DNA of 64,000 bases. Source: a virus. Taxonomy: Duplodnaviria > Caudoviricetes. Both the position numbers and the translations under genes were made by a program. The stretch's first letter is position 1; each line of letters opens with the position of its first letter. A model generated the notes under the pieces. It saw nothing but the letters and a program-made list of their open reading frames with translations, was not told the origin of the DNA and ran no database searches. Positions 59,731 through 64,000 of the stretch are shown in pieces. The stretch covers positions 29,837 to 93,836 of IMG/VR virus record IMGVR_UViG_3300000169_000002; one strand, written 5' to 3'.

Positions 59731-61233
59731 ATGTCGTTTGAAAGTTCCTTTGTAGATTCTCTTTTACTCCTTGTAAGAGAAAAAGTAAAAGAAAAATATC
59801 GTTTGAATATAAAACGACATCAAGTTATTTCGTTTTTTGTTTATGACCCTACAATTATCAAACAAATTCTGAAAGCTTGTAAATTTAAGGATATTGGAAA
59901 TGTCTATGATTATCCTAAAATCTTTTCCACATCTCGGACTATAAATGGCCACGATTTTGCTCATAATTTTGAAAATTTCCAAAGAATTGGTGTATCTAAG
60001 AAATTGAATGCAGCTGTTATTTATACTTTTTATGAATATTCATATCATTGCATGATTGTAATCGATACGAAAAAGCTTAAAAAGTTTTCTAAAATTATTA
60101 AACCCATTATCAGTCAAGATCTTTCGCAGATTAATATCTTTGATGGAATTGATTTTGAATGCAAAGCTGGTCAATACATTGAAATTTCAAAATCTATGGG
60201 AAATTCCCCTAAGCCAGTTGATACAGTTAAAAAGAAAGTTGCTGATGAGAAACTCGTCTTTGAAGAAAAATCCGTTCTTAAAGAAGTTATTGAAGATATC
60301 ACATCATTTTTCTCAGATGAAACTAAAGAATTTTATAGGAAAATGGAGATTCCATATAAGAGAGGAGTTATCTTGTATGGACCTCCTGGTACAGGAAAAT
60401 CTGCTCTGATTAGAGAACTTATTCGAAGAATTGATAGTCGTGTAATAAAAATTGTTATTAATCCAAATATTTCATTTAATATTACATCTGTATTGTCTTC
60501 TCTTCTTAGATCACTGAACGGGAAATCAGCTATTATTTTCATTGAAGATATGGATTCCCTTATTTCATATGAAAATCGTTCAGAATTTCTGAATCTGCTT
60601 GATGGTATAGATGTTAAATCCGGTTCTTACATAATCGGAACTACAAACTATCCAGAAAGAATTGATCCTGCATTCGTAAACAGAGCAGGGAGGTTTGATA
60701 GAGCTTATAAAATTGAAAACCCGTCCTATAAAACTAGAAAGATGTTCTTTGAAAGTAAAAATCTTAATGAAATTTTTAATTATGATAAAAATATAAATAA
60801 CCTTTTCGCAAAGTATACTGATGGTTTGCCAATGGCATCACTTAAAGAAGTTATTACTGCTACAAAATATACTCTTGCATCCAATCCTGATATATCTATA
60901 GAAGATGCAATTAAAATTGCCACAAGTAGATTGAAAAATGACAAAGAAGCACATATAGAATCTATAAGGAATTATAATAAATTTAAAAGGAATAAGCATA
61001 TGCGGAATCATCCTTATCATAAAAATAATAATTATGTTAGAGAATTTGATCTTCCAATGGGTGATTTTGATCCTGATTATCCTGGTGAAAATGGATCTTT
61101 TGATATTGATATGATTACTATGAATAATGATGAACTTGAAGAGAAATCTGTTTCTGAATTTATTGGATGTATGAAAATTGTTCCAAAAGAAGATGCTGAA
61201 ATTAAGTTCACATCGTTTTATTCGTATAAATAA
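59731..61233 (+). CDS. Classic-clade AAA+ ATPase
   Basis: RGVILYGPPGTGKS, IFIEDMD, LNLLDG, TTNYPERIDPAFVNRAGRFD; start moved to the ATG after AAGGAGG. Confidence 0.9.
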   Translation: MSFESSFVDSLLLLVREKVKEKYRLNIKRHQVISFFVYDPTIIKQILKACKFKDIGNVYDYPKIFSTSRTINGHDFAHNFENFQRIGVSKKLNAAVIYTFYEYSYHCMIVIDTKKLKKFSKIIKPIISQDLSQINIFDGIDFECKAGQYIEISKSMGNSPKPVDTVKKKVADEKLVFEEKSVLKEVIEDITSFFSDETKEFYRKMEIPYKRGVILYGPPGTGKSALIRELIRRIDSRVIKIVINPNISFNITSVLSSLLRSLNGKSAIIFIEDMDSLISYENRSEFLNLLDGIDVKSGSYIIGTTNYPERIDPAFVNRAGRFDRAYKIENPSYKTRKMFFESKNLNEIFNYDKNINNLFAKYTDGLPMASLKEVITATKYTLASNPDISIEDAIKIATSRLKNDKEAHIESIRNYNKFKRNKHMRNHPYHKNNNYVREFDLPMGDFDPDYPGENGSFDIDMITMNNDELEEKSVSEFIGCMKIVPKEDAEIKFTSFYSYK

Positions 61234-61621
61234 TTTCATTAATATGGATACAAAATCCATCTAAAGAAATTCAAATGGCTGCTATAGACAAAAATGCAAT
61301 GGCAATTGGTTATATCGACAACCCTGATGATGAGGTGCAAATCGCTGCGGTAAAAAATGGCCAGATGTCATTGCAGCAATTAAAAATCAGTGCAAGGAAG
61401 CACAACTTATTGCAGTACAAAGCGGTTATAAATATGCTGCATATATTATTAACCCTGATAAAGAAGTTCAAATGGAAGCTGTTAAAAATGATATAAGAGC
61501 TATCGGTCTTCTTCAAAAAATCGATCCAGAAGTAATGGAATATGTATATACTGAAATATTGAAAATCAAATTATCCGTACAAACGAAAAAACATATTGAA
61601 GAGGAACAAAGGGGAGAATAA
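61230..61621 (+). pseudogene. 5'-truncated, frameshifted repeat-protein gene (DUF4116-like)
   Basis: IxNPxxExQxxAV repeats continue in the -1 frame after the A6 run at 61352-61357; no RBS or start. Confidence 0.65.
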
Positions 61622-61622
61622 A

Positions 61623-62435
61623 ATGAGTTTTAATATGGAAGAGGCGATCTCCACTATTAACGGTGGAGATCGCCATAAAATTGAAAAACTTTTAGAGAGT
61701 CACCCATTTCTTATTGCATTTATTGATAATCCTGATGAGGAGCTTCAGCTTATTGCAACTAAAGCCAGAGGAGAGGTTATAAAATATATTAAAAATCCAA
61801 GTAAAAAGGTTCAATTAAATGCTATTGAAAATGGATGGCTTATTCTAGATCATATTAATGATCCTGATGAAGATATTATATGGGCTGCTATTCAGAAATC
61901 TGGTACAAATATAGCATGTATTAAAAATCCGACTAAAGAAATGCAATTAGCTGCCGTGCGTCAATGCGGTCAAGCTATTTTGTTTATAGATAATCCCGAT
62001 AAAGATGTTCAATTAGAAGCTGTGAAGCAAGATGGTTCTGTGATTGGATTCATCGAAGATCCTGATGAAGATGTGAAGACTGAAGCTATTATGAATTATC
62101 CTTATGCTATACAGTTTATTAAAAATCCTAGTAAAAAACTTCAGAAACTCGCGGTAGAAAAATGCGGCGATGCCATCAAATTCATTATAGATCCAGATGA
62201 GGAGATTCAATTGGCTGCTGTTAAGTCGGACCCCTATTCTATAATGCATATAAGTGATCCGACTAAAGCAGTACAATTGGCTGCTGTTGAACAAATAGCT
62301 AGTGTTATTATGTTTATTCAAAACCCAGATAAAGAAGTTCAGTTTAAGATAATTGAAATGGATATAAATATGGTTCAATCTATAAGGAATATACATCCTG
62401 AAGTAACTTCCTATTTGAGAAAAAAATTCAGGTGA
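61623..62435 (+). CDS. Helical repeat protein (~22-aa IxNPxxExQLxAV repeats, DUF4116-like)
   Basis: About 11 tandem repeats; GGGGAG RBS before the ATG at 61623. Confidence 0.8.
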   Translation: MSFNMEEAISTINGGDRHKIEKLLESHPFLIAFIDNPDEELQLIATKARGEVIKYIKNPSKKVQLNAIENGWLILDHINDPDEDIIWAAIQKSGTNIACIKNPTKEMQLAAVRQCGQAILFIDNPDKDVQLEAVKQDGSVIGFIEDPDEDVKTEAIMNYPYAIQFIKNPSKKLQKLAVEKCGDAIKFIIDPDEEIQLAAVKSDPYSIMHISDPTKAVQLAAVEQIASVIMFIQNPDKEVQFKIIEMDINMVQSIRNIHPEVTSYLRKKFR

Positions 62436-62451
62436 CAAGGGAGGAAACCAA

Positions 62452-62877
62452 ATTACTGTTACTCTTGAGGAATTACTAGGCATTGGCCAGGAATATGAAA
62501 ATTTTAATTTTAAACAAGTGATCTCCACTATTAATAGTGGAGATCACAATAAAATTAAAGATCTTTTGAAGACATTCCCATATCTTATTGCGCTCATTGA
62601 TGATCCGGATGAAGATATACAGTTATTAGCTGTCAAGAAAGATTTAATGTCGATAGAATTTATTTATAAACCTACAAAAGAAGTTGAAATGTATGTGGTA
62701 AAGACTAAAAGTAATTTGATAAAATATATTACAATTCCTGATAAGGATATTCAATTGGTAGCAGTAAAAGATGATCCAAACAATATTGAATTTATTAGGA
62801 ATTCGCACCCTGAAGTTATTGATTATCTTAAAGAAAATTTTAAAGTAAAGAAGAGCCGTAAAAAACAAATTTGTTGA
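62452..62877 (+). CDS. Shorter paralogous repeat protein
   Basis: Same repeats; homology extends upstream of the GTG at 62518; GGAGG lies 7 nt before an in-frame ATT. Confidence 0.65.
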   Translation: MTVTLEELLGIGQEYENFNFKQVISTINSGDHNKIKDLLKTFPYLIALIDDPDEDIQLLAVKKDLMSIEFIYKPTKEVEMYVVKTKSNLIKYITIPDKDIQLVAVKDDPNNIEFIRNSHPEVIDYLKENFKVKKSRKKQIC

Positions 62878-63070
62878 AGGCGATAATTAGTATAATTAAA
62901 ACTGCAAAATTTTTATATAGAAAGTTATGTGAAAGATTAGGATAAATAAAAAAAAGGGGTGTAGTATCCCCCGTTTGTTTTTTTTACTGTAAGTAGGGAT
63001 TATATTGAATATATATTATTGCAGTGAAAGCAGTAGGAACTGCTTAATATTTTAAAGGAGGAAAATAAAA

Positions 63071-63376
63071 ATGGAAATGGTAAAAACCGTGGTAAAAAAC
63101 GCATATCTTCATTTCGATTATGTCATCTTGACAATTCTCGGGTTTCTGATTATCTTCAACCAATTCCAACCCTTTGACGATCATTTCGCGCGATCGCTTG
63201 TTGCAATCATTCTTGGAATTGAAGTGTTCATTATTGCTTTTGTGGAACTCGGAAAAGAAGATTCTTTTTGGGTCAGATTCTTCAGACGGTTCTCCAGGTT
63301 TGATGTCGTATTCTGTACGCTTCTTCTCGTATTTTATGTAGCGGCGTGCAACAATTGGTTCTACCTTGCATATTGA
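63071..63376 (+). CDS. Small early membrane protein (3 predicted TM helices)
   Basis: Early motif at 63010; AAGGAGG RBS; hydrophobic segments. Confidence 0.7.
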   Translation: MEMVKTVVKNAYLHFDYVILTILGFLIIFNQFQPFDDHFARSLVAIILGIEVFIIAFVELGKEDSFWVRFFRRFSRFDVVFCTLLLVFYVAACNNWFYLAY

Positions 63377-63609
63377 TTTACAGTTAATACATATTTAGAA
63401 ATTTTACATGAAAATATTGTTACTAAAAAAGAAATTGGTACTTGTGCTGCTTCGATGAAGAGACTTATTTCTATTGTAAACGGAATAGCAATAACGAGGG
63501 GATATTTATTCCCCTCGTTATTTTTTTTTTCTTTTTTTAATTTTCCTGAATATCTATATAAAATATATATTATTACTATGAATAACTCTCAAAGGAGAAA
63601 TAAAAAAAA

Positions 63610-63948
63610 ATGAGTGAAGAAAATATAATAATTTCTTTCAACGGTATTCGATATAAAATACAAAAAACTGAAAATATCGATGGTGTTATTGAATACCAAT
63701 GTATAGATGAATACGGTAAATTTCCTGTGTTCATAAGAACAAATGAGTATAATATTTATAATTATAAAATTGGCGATGGATTAACTGAAGATGAAGAATG
63801 GAGATGTGTTCATTCAAGAGATAAATTAATAGATGATTTTGTTGATGAATGTTGTGAAATGGATATAGTTGACGGAAATGATATAGTTAACAATTGGACT
63901 AGAAGTGCTGAAGCATTATTGAATTATATAGGATGGGGGAATTTTTGA
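63610..63948 (+). CDS. Hypothetical early protein
   Basis: Early motif at 63564; AAGGAG RBS; terminator hairpin at about 63955-63989. Confidence 0.7.
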   Translation: MSEENIIISFNGIRYKIQKTENIDGVIEYQCIDEYGKFPVFIRTNEYNIYNYKIGDGLTEDEEWRCVHSRDKLIDDFVDECCEMDIVDGNDIVNNWTRSAEALLNYIGWGNF

Positions 63949-64000
63949 AATAAAAAAGAGGGAATAGCATCATCGGCTATTCCCTCTTTGAAAAAAAAAA

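Noticed and set aside
61440-61450. CATATATTATT resembling the early promoter
   Set aside because: It lies within repeat-coding sequence (A-Y-I-I) and lacks the upstream A/T context
1-64000. CRISPR arrays, tRNAs, introns/inteins, genome-wide stop-codon reassignment, chimallin
   Set aside because: No repeat-spacer pattern or cloverleaf seen; RNAP, terminase, gyrase and helicase genes are uninterrupted in code 11, with TAA, TAG and TGA all used as stops; chimallin cannot be recognised by eye

Overview
This 64-kb window is part of the core genome of an AT-rich jumbo myophage of the phiKZ/AR9(PBS1)-like type with split multisubunit RNA polymerases. The host is probably a Firmicute: genes have strong GGAGG RBSs and frequent TTG/GTG starts, and the genes expected to be most highly expressed use visibly more GC-rich codons. 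Replication and recombination genes are SbcD-like nuclease, DnaB, Dda/RecD, GyrB/GyrA, RecA, NAD-dependent ligase, an SF2 helicase and a ThyX-like enzyme. The window also has three probable non-virion RNAP subunits, one probable virion RNAP fragment, a tubulin/FtsZ-family GTPase, a head/tail block (protease, scaffold, major capsid, terminase, sheath, tube, portal) and short arrays of paralogues. Two promoter classes can be read from the DNA: TATATATTATT (16 intergenic copies, inferred early) and AACA-N6-TA/TG (AR9-type late). The main unexplained signals are three. (1) A ~300-nt, rod-like, G·U-rich non-coding RNA at 28258-28555 with its own late promoter and 3' hairpin. (2) A short peptide motif, Y[VI]RNxxG[FY]IxI, added to three unrelated DNA-transaction enzymes (six copies). 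(3) An identical 15-mer spanning the UGA stops of two unrelated, probably abundant nucleic-acid-binding genes; readthrough would add the same FTAP tag to both. All calls come from motif recognition by eye; no database searches or folding programs were run.
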